From an uncultured Bacilli bacterium (GTDB lineage Bacteria; Bacillota_I; Bacilli_A; RF39; UBA660): a DNA stretch of 64,000 bases. The DNA is taken from positions 2,135-66,134 of the forward strand of contig CANROU010000005.1 of the NCBI GenBank assembly GCA_947632325.1. The letters run 5' to 3'. Shown here piece by piece: positions 11,101-20,287 of this stretch. The notes under the pieces were generated by a model. The model made no database searches and was not told where the DNA came from. It worked only from the letters and a program-made list of their open reading frames with translations. Each line of letters opens with the position of its first letter. Position 1 is the stretch's first letter. The position numbers and the translations under genes were made by a program.

Positions 11101-12484
11101 GATTGATCAATTCATCATATTCTTCTAAAATTTCGCCATTTTTCATCTTAACTGCGCCAATTTCAATTATTGAATCGCCTCCACCAGCATTAAAACCAGT
11201 TGTCTCAAAATCAAATACTACATACACTTGATCTAATAAGATATCATCTGTTTTTCTTAATACAATGTTAACAGTATCATCAATCAAGGTTAATTCTGTT
11301 CCATAAATGGCCTTAAAAGGACTATCATTTTCTTTTAACTTCTTGTTATGAGCTGTTACTAAATTATAAACATGAGGAAAAGCCTGAGCTCCATTATGAT
11401 CAGTAATAGCAATAGCTTTGTGGTTCCACTTGATAGCTTGTTTAACTAAATTAGTTTCATCAACTACCCCATCCATTTGACTCATCATCGTATGAGCATG
11501 TAGTTCAACCCGTTTTACTGCTGCTGTATCTTTAATTTCATTTGGTTCTTTTTCTATTAAATTAATATCCCGAGCATTTAACACTATTTCTTTAGAAAAT
11601 GCATCATTTTTAGTATAGCCTCTAATTTTATACCACTTATTTTTCTCTAAAGCTTTTTTTAAACGAATATATTCATCATCATCTCTAACAAACACCTTAC
11701 AATAAATACTGTCTATATAATCAGTTAATTTCAAAGTAATAATTTTAAAATTAGATTTGACTGATTCAAAATATTCTATAGCAAACACGTAGGCCTCAAC
11801 AACAATATTATTATCTTCGCCCACGATATCCTTAATTGGTATACTATCTTCTTCAATTAAACGACCTAAAATACTACCTTCTTTTGGCTCATTTTTCTTC
11901 TTTTTTTTAGTTTCGCTTGTTTGCTTTTTTTTATCTAAGCGTTCCTTAACCTTAACAACATCCTGCTTTAAGTCATTAGCAATATCATTTAAAATAGCAT
12001 TATTTTTTTCAGTATTAACAGAAATAGCTATATTTTTATCATATCCCATATCATGATACCATTCATTAATTGATGATAAAACACGACTAAGTTGCTGTTC
12101 TTCTACTACGTTATTAACTTCAATTAACAATTTTCCATCTTTTTCTTTGATATAATCATTATATAATTGCCATAAAGGAATAGCATCTTTTAATTGTTCT
12201 AAAATATAAGGAAAATAATCTAGTAAATACTTAGAATAAGATTCATCAATTTGCCATTTTATATAAACGGTATCAACATTAGGCAAATTATCTGTCTTAA
12301 TATCAGCAAACTTTTTTATTATTTCCAGTGGTAAAAAGCAATCATTTGCTAGATAGACAGTCCAACTTTTTTTATTTTTATTTACCACTATTTTAGTTAA
12401 TTTAACCTGAGAAAAAAGAGTATCATCAATGTCTACTCCTATTTGTTGTAAAAATAAAGCTACCTTTTCACTCATATACTTCAC
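8102..12484 (-). CDS. polC: DNA polymerase III PolC-type (Gram-positive replicative polymerase)
   Basis: 1460 aa. PHP domain (HAHTMMSQMDG), inserted 3'-5' exonuclease (FDFETTG...), zinc-finger CPKC...CPKCH, and polymerase core. Confidence 0.95.
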   Translation of the reverse strand: MKYMSEKVALFLQQIGVDIDDTLFSQVKLTKIVVNKNKKSWTVYLANDCFLPLEIIKKFADIKTDNLPNVDTVYIKWQIDESYSKYLLDYFPYILEQLKDAIPLWQLYNDYIKEKDGKLLIEVNNVVEEQQLSRVLSSINEWYHDMGYDKNIAISVNTEKNNAILNDIANDLKQDVVKVKERLDKKKQTSETKKKKKNEPKEGSILGRLIEEDSIPIKDIVGEDNNIVVEAYVFAIEYFESVKSNFKIITLKLTDYIDSIYCKVFVRDDDEYIRLKKALEKNKWYKIRGYTKNDAFSKEIVLNARDINLIEKEPNEIKDTAAVKRVELHAHTMMSQMDGVVDETNLVKQAIKWNHKAIAITDHNGAQAFPHVYNLVTAHNKKLKENDSPFKAIYGTELTLIDDTVNIVLRKTDDILLDQVYVVFDFETTGFNAGGGDSIIEIGAVKMKNGEILEEYDELINPNHPLPAHITQITGITDEMLKDKDSEEEAIKRFVKWFGNLPMVAHNAKFDASFLEMAYKKYNLGQFSNTLIDTLELSRTLDTNYSRHSLSALVKRYNVPFDEESHHRGNYDAEATALVFYKMLKKLEANNIDRISDLDKLVAKDEIYKYGRSHHVNLLAINKTGLKNLFRLISLANTKYLYKTPRILRSEISRFKEGILVGSGCYESEVFKEAASKSDEELTNIINFYDYVEVQPVDCYRHLLSSNDFKSEDEIREHLKKIIRVAKAAGKMVVATGDVHHLTKEDKIYREIIINQKVPGGGRHPLAKYLNDIPNNHFRTTDEMLADFAFLGEDLAYEIVVTNTNKIADMIEEIEVIIDTGGIPFSPRIENSEEIVKEMVYDKARSLYGDELPPIIEQRINNELTGILAGGFDVIYLIAHKLVKKSNADGYLVGSRGSVGSSFVATLMGITEVNPLPAHYLCPKCKYSIFEDENHKTYGSSYSSGYDLPDKVCPKCHTPMSKEGQDMPFATFLGFNADKVPDIDLNFSGDYQWKAHEYTKELFGIDNVYRAGTIGTVAEKTAFGFVKGYLEEQGITNMRNAEIERLALGCTGVKRTTGQHPGGIVVIPGYMDVFDFTPFQYPADDATSLWRTTHFDYHAIDQDVLKLDILGHDDPTVLRMLQDLSGIDVTTLPFDDKKVMSLLSSPKALNVDADTIMCPTGTLGLPELGTRFVIQMLVDTKPKTFSELVKISGLSHGTDVWAGNASELIKNKVVPFKDVIGCRDDIMVNLMNWGIEPKTAFKIMEFVRKGKPSKDPDGWKEYDAILRKANIPNWYIESCRKIKYMFPKAHACAYVMSALRIAWFKVYKPLYYYCAYFSVRTTDFDIETMIKGYDAIKVKMEELQTKGFERTNKEEAIMESLAVALEATARGIKFSNIDINLSEAMNFVVADDNTLIPPFRTLDGLGGSVAKTIVEERKKQSFLSVEDLQIRGHVSKTLIDRMDLMGILQGLPESNQLSLF

Positions 12485-12495
12485 CCCAATAACTA

Positions 12496-13332
12496 TTAGC
12501 TCATCTCTAAATCATTAATCTTAACAATATATTTTTGATTTTTTATACAAAAATCAATAAAACCACGTAAATCTGTCTTCTTTAATTCTGTTTCAATCGC
12601 ATATTTATCCGCATCAAAAGCTATTTTATCTCTCATCATATAACGAATCATACTTTCTTTATCAGCACCTAAATACATAAGCCAATAAGGATAGATTTGT
12701 CTTTTTAAAAATTTCAAAGTTGGATCGCCACCAATTAAATAGTGACTGTGTTCATCTAACTGGGTAGCAAATTCATTTAATATAGCCAACTCTAAAACAG
12801 CTTGAACAATTTCTTTATAATCGTCATTATAATGTTGTAATTCTCTTTTTATAATACCATAAATTAATTCTGTTAAAATAGTCACCGATCTTGTTTTTAT
12901 ATTCTCTTTACCATAAACTAAAGCATGAACCGATGGTTTAGTAGCATAATCAATAACATTTAAATTAGGATGAACAACTAAAACTTTATAAGAATTAAGA
13001 TCAAAACGCAATATCTCTTTTAATATCTTACTAACATCTTTTTTATTTTTATCCCAAATTTTAAGTAAATATAATCGATATTTATCAGTTTCTTTTTTTA
13101 TAGTTTCATATGAATTAGTTTCAAAAAACAAATTATATAATGTATCATCATCAGGAATAAAATTTTTTTCATCCGCTAAAATCAATTGTTGATCGTTTTG
13201 AATACGCACATATTGCTTGCGATAATTAAGCCATAAACGTTGTTTCAATTTATGTGTACTCTCAGAAATAGACGGTCCAAATAAAAGATTCCAAATTAAC
13301 ATATAATCATTAACTATAAACGTAATATTCAT
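12496..13332 (-). CDS. hypothetical protein directly upstream of polC and probably co-transcribed
   Basis: 278-aa ORF ending 11 nt before the polC start. No recognisable motifs. Confidence 0.45.
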   Translation of the reverse strand: MNITFIVNDYMLIWNLLFGPSISESTHKLKQRLWLNYRKQYVRIQNDQQLILADEKNFIPDDDTLYNLFFETNSYETIKKETDKYRLYLLKIWDKNKKDVSKILKEILRFDLNSYKVLVVHPNLNVIDYATKPSVHALVYGKENIKTRSVTILTELIYGIIKRELQHYNDDYKEIVQAVLELAILNEFATQLDEHSHYLIGGDPTLKFLKRQIYPYWLMYLGADKESMIRYMMRDKIAFDADKYAIETELKKTDLRGFIDFCIKNQKYIVKINDLEMS

Positions 13333-13447
13333 CTTCTCACCCTTACTGCTTTCAATAAATTTAATATATCATAGTTATCTCTTTTTGAAAAGAATAAAAC
13401 CGCAAAATACGACAATATTAATAAAAAAAGAAAAGGTGAAATAACCT

Positions 13448-14287
13448 TTAAATTTGCTTTATTACAAAATATATAATTGTGGTCATAACAGCTACCACTA
13501 AAACAAACAAAATAATTTTAACAAACACTGGAATTTTTTTATCTTCAATATCACTAAATTCACTATCAACTTCAAAATCTTTATCACTAAGATCCATGCT
13601 TCTAGTATAAAAAGATTGATCAGCATTATCTAAATTAGAAGTTGCTTTTTTAGTATCTTGATTTATTTTACTTTCATCAACTGGTGAAGTTAAAGTTAAT
13701 TTATCCTTAACAACAGATTCATCCAAACTCTGTGGTAACAAATCAGCCATTAAATCTTTATCATTTATTTTACTATCTTTTATACTATTAGAGGTTATAG
13801 TATTAATCAATTCTTGAATTTCTTCTTCCGCTTGACGTTCATGATTTTGTTTTTTCTCTTGTCTATATTTTTCTACTTGTTCTAAATCCAAATTAGCTAA
13901 AATATTATATTGCGTACTGCGTAGTTTCCGTTTACGCTCTAATTCATCAATTTGAACTCTATTTTTCTTAGCTTCTATTAAAATATCATTAATATCATAA
14001 TTTTTATTTTCATCCGTTGGATATAAATACTCATATTGTTCTAAATCACGTCTTGATTTAGGTGCTGGCATAATACTTTCAAACTCTTTCATCTTTTGAT
14101 ATACTTCTCTTGTTTTAGCCTTTTTATTTATAGATGATAATTCTAAAGCATTTTCAGTATTATCATCATGATATTCCACATAAGTACTATTAGTATATAA
14201 ATTATCATAAAGATTTTGATTTTTATCTTCCCGACGTGATTTTTGCTCACTGTTATTTTGATTATAACGATCCATCCTACTTCGCAT
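13448..14287 (-). CDS. hypothetical tail-anchored membrane protein (charged coiled-coil N-domain, single C-terminal TM)
   Basis: Start reassigned to ATG 14287 (MRSRMDRY...) with RBS AGAGGGTG. The longer ORF-track N-terminus reads through the ferredoxin promoter. Confidence 0.45.
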   Translation of the reverse strand: MRSRMDRYNQNNSEQKSRREDKNQNLYDNLYTNSTYVEYHDDNTENALELSSINKKAKTREVYQKMKEFESIMPAPKSRRDLEQYEYLYPTDENKNYDINDILIEAKKNRVQIDELERKRKLRSTQYNILANLDLEQVEKYRQEKKQNHERQAEEEIQELINTITSNSIKDSKINDKDLMADLLPQSLDESVVKDKLTLTSPVDESKINQDTKKATSNLDNADQSFYTRSMDLSDKDFEVDSEFSDIEDKKIPVFVKIILFVLVVAVMTTIIYFVIKQI

Positions 14288-14366
14288 ACTAACACCCTCT
14301 ATCATATTAATGATACCATAAAATAATATAAAACAAAAGCAAAATAGTAAAAAAGATAATTCACTC

Positions 14367-14395
14367 TTTACGAATAAAAAGATATTTAATATAAT
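14367..14395 (+). promoter_or_regulatory. ferredoxin promoter TTTACg-N17-TATAAT
   Basis: Sequence tttacgaataaaaagatatttaaTATAAT, RBS AAAGGAGAAG, then ATG at 14420. Confidence 0.45.
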
Positions 14396-14419
14396 ATGGT
14401 TATAAAGGAGAAGTGAATT

Positions 14420-14611
14420 ATGAAAATTAATGTTAATCGTGATGCTTGTATTGGTTGTGGTGCCTGCCAAGCTATTGCCCCTAATGTATTTGAATTAGAT
14501 GATGAAGGACTATCTAAAGCCTTAGTTGATGAAGTAGCTGAAGATGAGCAAGATAACGCTACTGAAGCTAGTGAATCATGTCCCACTGGTGCCATCGAAA
14601 TAGAAGAATAA
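14420..14611 (+). CDS. fer: 4Fe-4S ferredoxin (single-cluster Bacillus Fer type)
   Basis: CIGCGAC...CP cysteine pattern in a 63-aa acidic protein with a strong RBS. Confidence 0.85.
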   Translation: MKINVNRDACIGCGACQAIAPNVFELDDEGLSKALVDEVAEDEQDNATEASESCPTGAIEIEE

Positions 14612-14636
14612 AAGCACTAATCAGTGCTTTTTTTAT
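14611..14636. terminator. bidirectional terminator between convergent fer and rluB
   Basis: Perfect stem AAAGCACU(AAUC)AGUGCUUU with A-run and T-run flanks. Both stop codons fall within or next to the stem. Confidence 0.65.
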
Positions 14637-15360
14637 GTCTTTCATTAATTCCATATAACCTAGCCACTTCCTTAGGTGTTAATACTCGATATTCACCCGA
14701 TTTTAAATCTTTAACATCTAAAAAAGCAATCTTTTCTCTTTTTAATTTCAAAACCTTAAAACCAACTTGTTCTATCATTTTTTTGATTTGATGATTACGT
14801 CCTTCATGAATAGTAATTTCTACTATACAATTATTATTTTGTTTATCAACTTTACGTAACTTAACTTTAGCATCATTAGTTTTTTTGCCATCAATCATGA
14901 CGCCCTTCTGTAAGGCATGAATTTGTGGGCCCTTCAAAATGCCTTCTACTTTTACTACATAACATTTCATAATATTATTTTTAGGATGCATTAAATAATT
15001 AGCGAATTCACCATCATTAGTCAAGATTAATGCTCCCGTTGTATCATAATCAAGCCGTCCTACCGGATAAATTCTCTTATTAGTATCAATCAAATCAACA
15101 ACTGTTTTACGCTTTTTATCATCAAAAGTTGATGTAATTACTCCCCGTGGTTTGTTTAATAAGTAATATACATGATCTTCCCGTTGTAAAACGATACCAT
15201 CAACTTCTACTATATTTTTGCTATTTACCAAATAACCCAATTCTCTAATAACCTTACCATCAACTTTAACTCGACCTTTTAAAATAAGTTCTTCAGCTTT
15301 TCTACGTGATGCCACACCACAGTGGGCCATCACTTTTTGTAAACGTTCCATACTTACCAC
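14617..15360 (-). CDS. rluB: RsuA/RluB-family 16S/23S rRNA pseudouridine synthase
   Basis: N-terminal S4 domain (RLQKVMAHCGVASRRKAEELILKGRVKVDG) and a PsuS catalytic core. Confidence 0.85.
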   Translation of the reverse strand: MVSMERLQKVMAHCGVASRRKAEELILKGRVKVDGKVIRELGYLVNSKNIVEVDGIVLQREDHVYYLLNKPRGVITSTFDDKKRKTVVDLIDTNKRIYPVGRLDYDTTGALILTNDGEFANYLMHPKNNIMKCYVVKVEGILKGPQIHALQKGVMIDGKKTNDAKVKLRKVDKQNNNCIVEITIHEGRNHQIKKMIEQVGFKVLKLKREKIAFLDVKDLKSGEYRVLTPKEVARLYGINERHKKSTD

Positions 15361-15404
15361 CTGTACGAATTATACATTAAAAAGGTATAAAAAGCAATTA
15401 TATT

Positions 15405-16484
15405 TTAATCTTGTAAATGGAAAAACTTTAAGATACGATGTAACCAATTTTCCTTAGTTTTATTTATAGATACATATATAGGAATAGTTTTTAGATTTTG
15501 ATCATTTAAAGATACCGTCACCACTCCAACTTGATCATTATTCTTATAATTTTTTAATTCTTCAATTTGTAATAAAACTTTGACCTTAGATGCTTCACTT
15601 TCTGTTAAAGGATAAGCAAAAGATTCTTTAACATATACTTTATCCGTATAAAAATTTTGATCAATATAAAAATTATTTTTATCAATTATGTCATATTTTT
15701 GATAATTTTTAAAACCATATTCATAAAGATTAGTATGTGAATCATATTCATTAGCATCATTTAAGGTAACAGCTGTCAAATTAAGCGCATTTTTAGAAGC
15801 CGTCGTCACTAGAGTTCTCCCTGCACTTGGAGTATAACCTGTTTTACCACCGGTCGCATATTCATAACTATTTAATAATTTATTACGGTTGTACCATAGA
15901 TAAGTCTTACCATCACCTTTTACTACATATTTTTTAGTTTTAGTTATTTCCTTATATTCTTCTAAACTAGAAGCATAACTAGATAATTTAGCCATATCCA
16001 AAGCTGTTGAATAATTTTGAGTTACCTCATCTAAGCCATGACAGTTGTTAAATATCGTATTCGTCATTCCAATCTCTTTAGCTTTGTCATTCATCATTTT
16101 AACAAAATTTTCTTCACTTCCCCCAATATAAGTAGCAATAACCACAGCAGCATCATTGCCGCTTCTTAAAAGCAGGCCATACAATAGATCACGCAACGAC
16201 ATTTTTTCGTGTAATTCTAAATAAATATTAGAGCCATACATAGCTAATATTTCTTCACCAACAGTAACAATATCATCTAAATTTCCTTTCTCAATAGCGA
16301 TAGTCGCAGTCATTATCTTAGTTATGGACGCTATCAATCGCTTTTCATCAGGATTTTTTTGATATAATATTCTACCACTATCAATGTCCATTAATACTGC
16401 ACTACTTCCCGTAACGGTCACTGCCCGAACTTTTACAGGACAAAATATTAACAACATCAATATTACTAGCACAATTTTTTTCAT
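15405..16484 (-). CDS. dacA: D-alanyl-D-alanine carboxypeptidase (PBP5/DacA-type)
   Basis: Signal peptide and SITKIMT (SxxK), SGN, KTG motifs. Confidence 0.8.
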   Translation of the reverse strand: MKKIVLVILMLLIFCPVKVRAVTVTGSSAVLMDIDSGRILYQKNPDEKRLIASITKIMTATIAIEKGNLDDIVTVGEEILAMYGSNIYLELHEKMSLRDLLYGLLLRSGNDAAVVIATYIGGSEENFVKMMNDKAKEIGMTNTIFNNCHGLDEVTQNYSTALDMAKLSSYASSLEEYKEITKTKKYVVKGDGKTYLWYNRNKLLNSYEYATGGKTGYTPSAGRTLVTTASKNALNLTAVTLNDANEYDSHTNLYEYGFKNYQKYDIIDKNNFYIDQNFYTDKVYVKESFAYPLTESEASKVKVLLQIEELKNYKNNDQVGVVTVSLNDQNLKTIPIYVSINKTKENWLHRILKFFHLQD

Positions 16485-16541
16485 TTAATTCACCTAATCC
16501 ATCGTATGCTTTTAAAAATATTTAATGAAAAAAGAGTATGA

Positions 16542-17138
16542 TTACTCTTTTTTACTATTAGATGAAATAAAGTATTTTCTAATTAATTTCCAATAATGGA
16601 CAAGAACAAGTATCAGTGCCCAAAAAAGAAATAATATCATGCTTATTTGTAGAACAATAGTTAAATCAGCCGATTTATACATTTCTATGCGGGATGAAAT
16701 ATCTATTTTGTTCGTAATAACTAAAATCAAAAAAGTGCTGAATAAAAATTGGATTAAGCAAAAAAAGAGGAGATTAATTTTTTTTATTACAGTAGAAAAC
16801 TTATCTTGATATATTGTAAAAATAAAAACTAAATAAGAAAACAAAACGATTAAGACATAAATGGCGAAAGATGGAAAATATAAGTTCATAGCAAAAGCTG
16901 TAAATAAATAATCAAGACCCAATAAAATACTTTGATGATAACCCAAGATAGCAAACAACATTAAACTTAAAAATATGATTACTATAGCTGATTTAATAAT
17001 TTTGTTATCTCGTTTTATATTTAAAAAACTAAGTACAAACAATAATCCAAAAATGATAAACAAACCTAAATAAACTGGTGATGAACATAATAATTTAGCT
17101 AGTTTTATTAATTGTCCTAAAAACGAAGTTGGTACCAT
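16542..17138 (-). CDS. polytopic integral membrane protein, unknown function (sortase operon)
   Basis: 198 aa with 5-6 hydrophobic helices, between sortase and dacA. Confidence 0.5.
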   Translation of the reverse strand: MVPTSFLGQLIKLAKLLCSSPVYLGLFIIFGLLFVLSFLNIKRDNKIIKSAIVIIFLSLMLFAILGYHQSILLGLDYLFTAFAMNLYFPSFAIYVLIVLFSYLVFIFTIYQDKFSTVIKKINLLFFCLIQFLFSTFLILVITNKIDISSRIEMYKSADLTIVLQISMILFLFWALILVLVHYWKLIRKYFISSNSKKE

Positions 17139-17147
17139 AATTACCTC

Positions 17148-17858
17148 CTAATTAATTGGAATTTGACTTTCTAATTCCAAAATATAAACGGTTTGTTTTG
17201 TATCATCTTGATATGTACAAGTTATTAAAGTCATAGTAGTCTTATCATAATTTCTTCTTAAAGCAATAGTTCCTGTCTTCTCTTCATAATAAATATTTAC
17301 TAAACGATATTGATAACGAATATTATTATATTCTACATATGCCACATCTCCTACTTCTAATTGATAAAGATTACGAAAGAAAGAAATAGCCGCTGTGCCA
17401 GAGTGCGCAACTAAAATGAAATTACCTTTATCAACATCAGGATAAGTAGAACTAGGTAAAGTTGTTACAGCATAATTGATATTATTATAACGAGAATCTT
17501 TTTGAACAAAACCCCTTTTAAAATTTATTTTAGGAATTTCTAACGTTCCAACATAAGGAATATTAATTGGTTCATCATCTTTGGATAATTCTCCTGTTGT
17601 TTCTTCTTCTAAATTTTCAACATCAGGACTATTGTTTATTTTACTATCGTTTTTATGATTTAATGATGCTAGCTGTAAATTCATTGTTTCAAATACATCA
17701 ATTTTCTTTTGTTGCAAATATGAATAAGAGAATAAGACAACGCCAATAACAACAAGGAAAGAGCCAATTACAATGAATTGTCCCTTATTGTTTTTATCAT
17801 TACGCTTTAGCTTTTTTTGTATTGACATAAACGATTCCAACTCCTCCCGCAATGACAA
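17148..17858 (-). CDS. srt: sortase (transpeptidase)
   Basis: N-terminal TM anchor, catalytic LVAHSG histidine and TLITC cysteine motif. Overlaps the adhesin gene 3' end by 59 nt, so the true start may be internal. Confidence 0.8.
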   Translation of the reverse strand: MSLREELESFMSIQKKLKRNDKNNKGQFIVIGSFLVVIGVVLFSYSYLQQKKIDVFETMNLQLASLNHKNDSKINNSPDVENLEEETTGELSKDDEPINIPYVGTLEIPKINFKRGFVQKDSRYNNINYAVTTLPSSTYPDVDKGNFILVAHSGTAAISFFRNLYQLEVGDVAYVEYNNIRYQYRLVNIYYEEKTGTIALRRNYDKTTMTLITCTYQDDTKQTVYILELESQIPIN

Positions 17859-20181
17859 TAATACCTAAGATATATACTATAACTGGCGTATCTTTAGCTG
17901 TATCTGGAACAGGAATCGTTGGTACATTATAGAAAACAACTGGTTGAATATCGCCACTATCCAAAACTTCAAACGTTACTTCATTAGTATTTGGTGCATA
18001 ACCATCAGGCACAATAGTTTCAGTTAAAGTATACTTACCCTGTGGTAAACGCTCAATTAAGTGATCTTCATCAGTTGACACCCACTCATCAATAACATTT
18101 CCCTTACTATCCTTAAGTTGCAAAGTTGCCCCTGGTATTTCCTCTTCATTAGAAATATCACGTTTACTAATAGCTACTTTGGTAAAATCATTAGGAATCA
18201 TAATCGACATATCCGTACCTGTTATATCAAATGGTATCTCTTTATAGCTTATTTTATAACCATCTACAGCTTCTTGAGTAAGAATGTATGAACCATTAGA
18301 TAGATTAGAAATCTTATGAGCTACCCCTGAAGATGATGATGTCCACTTATCGATACTTTCATTAGTATTAGCTGTTTTTACTTCAAAATTAATACCTTCG
18401 ATACTAGTTTGTATAGTCACAGTGTTTCCAACGACATTAACACTAACATAATCAGAACTTAATACTACTTTTTGAACCTTTCCATCATTGCTAACTTGGA
18501 AGGTAATTGGATTATTATTTAATATATATCCACTAGGCGCTTCTACTTCTTGTAATGTATAAGTACCTACGGGGATCTTAGCAATCTTAGTTGGTTGTTT
18601 AGTAGTTACCACTCGATATTTTACCTGTCCAGAAGCATCTTTTATTTCTAAAGTAGCTCCCGCCACTAATTCACCTGTTGAAGCATCTACTTTACTAACT
18701 GTAATAGCTGTATATTCATTTTCTACAACAATTTCTTGCGTTGCTGTCTCAGCCGTTTCATTAACAGTAAATTTTTGTGGAGTGGTATTAATGATATATC
18801 CTTCCGGTGCTTGTGTTTCTTTAATTTGATATGTACTACCCTTTGCTAATCCATAAATATGATGACTAGAACCATTAGTAACCCACGTGTCAATAACCCT
18901 AGTACCTGTTTCATCTAAAACTTGCAAAGTTACACCACTTACATTATTACCATCTTTATCTTTTTTGATAACAGCTACATCTGTTGGTGTATTCTCTATT
19001 TCTATAGTAACTGTCTTATCACCAACTAAATCATCAGCTGTTACAGTAAAATCTTTATACGCCTGATTGCTTCTATAGCCAAGTGGTGCTTGTTCTTCTT
19101 TGATTCTATAATTACCCTGTCCAAGATCATCACGACAAACTTTAGTATTAGTTGATAAGAAACTAGCTCCTTTTGCCTCATCACAATTATCAGCAGTACA
19201 TAGATAGATTTTTAACTTAGCACCAGCTATATATTTACCAGTTTTAGAATCTTTTTTAGCAAAACAGATGCCTGTTGATGGTATACTTAGCGTTAAACTA
19301 GCTTCTTTTGATTCCTGCTTATTTTTAAATAAATATACTACACTCTGATAACCGTCAGCATAATACGTATTAGCACTACTATAATCAGCATAATTAGCTA
19401 CTACTTTAACATCGATAGTATAACCTACACCAGCATTAGCTACTGGATAACGTACTTTAAATTTATCACCATTGTTAAAAGTCTGTTTTCTACTACCACC
19501 TTCATCAACGATTTCTCCTGCTTGGGAAGCATTAGAATCTAAACTAACTTGTATACTACTAACATCACTACTAGTTGTAACAGTGATTAAATTAGATTCG
19601 AAATAATCACCATTTTTACTCATTTCCATATTGTTACCATCAATAGTCAAATTAACATAAGGAGTTGCAGGTGCTCCAGAACTAGCCGTTTTAGCTTTAT
19701 TTACTAATTGTTTTACATAAGTACCATAGGTCGCATGATTATATATCGCAGAACGTTCTTCTTCCGTAAAATTATTGCCCCCTTGTACTTCATCCATATA
19801 ACACCATACAGCAAGTTGCATTAAATATGGTCTTGCTTGACTATCAACAGCACTAAGTATTTGAGTATCAGTTAACATTGTAGCTAATTGATAAGCATAA
19901 GCTGTTCCTTCTTCAGCTGGATGATAGTACACCCACGGCACTGGTAAACTTAACTTCCTTTGTAAACAATAGACATTCTCCCCTGTTGTATCAATAATAA
20001 TTTGATCAAATTCTATACCGTTAACATAACTTTCTTGATGTTTAAGTTCTTTTACTTGAAAACCACCATCAACAGCCAAAGAAGTAGAATTAAAACCAAT
20101 AAGTACTACCGAAGTTAATATAACAGCAATCAATAATACATTTACTATAAAAGTTCTATTCTTTTGTAATGCATTCTTCAC
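17800..20181 (-). CDS. cell-wall-anchored adhesin: N-terminal thioester domain (TED) plus 4 Cna-B/prealbumin-like stalk domains plus C-terminal sorting signal
   Basis: Signal peptide. YCLQ (thioester Cys) and MQLAVW (thioester Gln) motifs. Repeats GAKLKIY, GVTLQV, GATLEIKD, GATLQLKD. C-terminal VPDTA-hydrophobic-KKAKA. GTG start with RBS AGAGGTGAG. Confidence 0.75.
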   Translation of the reverse strand: MKNALQKNRTFIVNVLLIAVILTSVVLIGFNSTSLAVDGGFQVKELKHQESYVNGIEFDQIIIDTTGENVYCLQRKLSLPVPWVYYHPAEEGTAYAYQLATMLTDTQILSAVDSQARPYLMQLAVWCYMDEVQGGNNFTEEERSAIYNHATYGTYVKQLVNKAKTASSGAPATPYVNLTIDGNNMEMSKNGDYFESNLITVTTSSDVSSIQVSLDSNASQAGEIVDEGGSRKQTFNNGDKFKVRYPVANAGVGYTIDVKVVANYADYSSANTYYADGYQSVVYLFKNKQESKEASLTLSIPSTGICFAKKDSKTGKYIAGAKLKIYLCTADNCDEAKGASFLSTNTKVCRDDLGQGNYRIKEEQAPLGYRSNQAYKDFTVTADDLVGDKTVTIEIENTPTDVAVIKKDKDGNNVSGVTLQVLDETGTRVIDTWVTNGSSHHIYGLAKGSTYQIKETQAPEGYIINTTPQKFTVNETAETATQEIVVENEYTAITVSKVDASTGELVAGATLEIKDASGQVKYRVVTTKQPTKIAKIPVGTYTLQEVEAPSGYILNNNPITFQVSNDGKVQKVVLSSDYVSVNVVGNTVTIQTSIEGINFEVKTANTNESIDKWTSSSSGVAHKISNLSNGSYILTQEAVDGYKISYKEIPFDITGTDMSIMIPNDFTKVAISKRDISNEEEIPGATLQLKDSKGNVIDEWVSTDEDHLIERLPQGKYTLTETIVPDGYAPNTNEVTFEVLDSGDIQPVVFYNVPTIPVPDTAKDTPVIVYILGIIVIAGGVGIVYVNTKKAKA

Positions 20182-20210
20182 CTAAACTCACCTCTTTATT
20201 ATCTATCTTT

Positions 20211-20239
20211 ATTATAAACTCTTTTTGCATTTCTTTCAA
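20211..20239 (-). promoter_or_regulatory. sigma-A promoter TTGAAA-N17-TATAAT for the adhesin-sortase operon
   Basis: Minus strand reads TTGAAAgaaatgcaaaaagagttTATAAT. Confidence 0.45.
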
Positions 20240-20257
20240 TAAATTTTACAAATTAAT

Positions 20258-20287
20258 GTAAACAAAAAAATGCTGTTAAGCATTTTA
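20258..20287 (-). terminator. terminator of the lipoprotein gene
   Basis: Stem AAAUGCU(UAAC)AGCAUUU followed by U7. Confidence 0.6.

Noticed and set aside
14288-14470. N-terminal 61 codons of the 13448-14470 ORF-track call (MAGTTTNTSITININF...), and antisense ORF 14386-14595
   Set aside because: This part reads through the ferredoxin promoter and RBS on the opposite strand. An internal ATG at 14287 with a good SD is the likely start. The 69-aa minus ORF is antisense to ferredoxin.
17567-17749. 60-aa plus ORF
   Set aside because: Antisense within the sortase gene.
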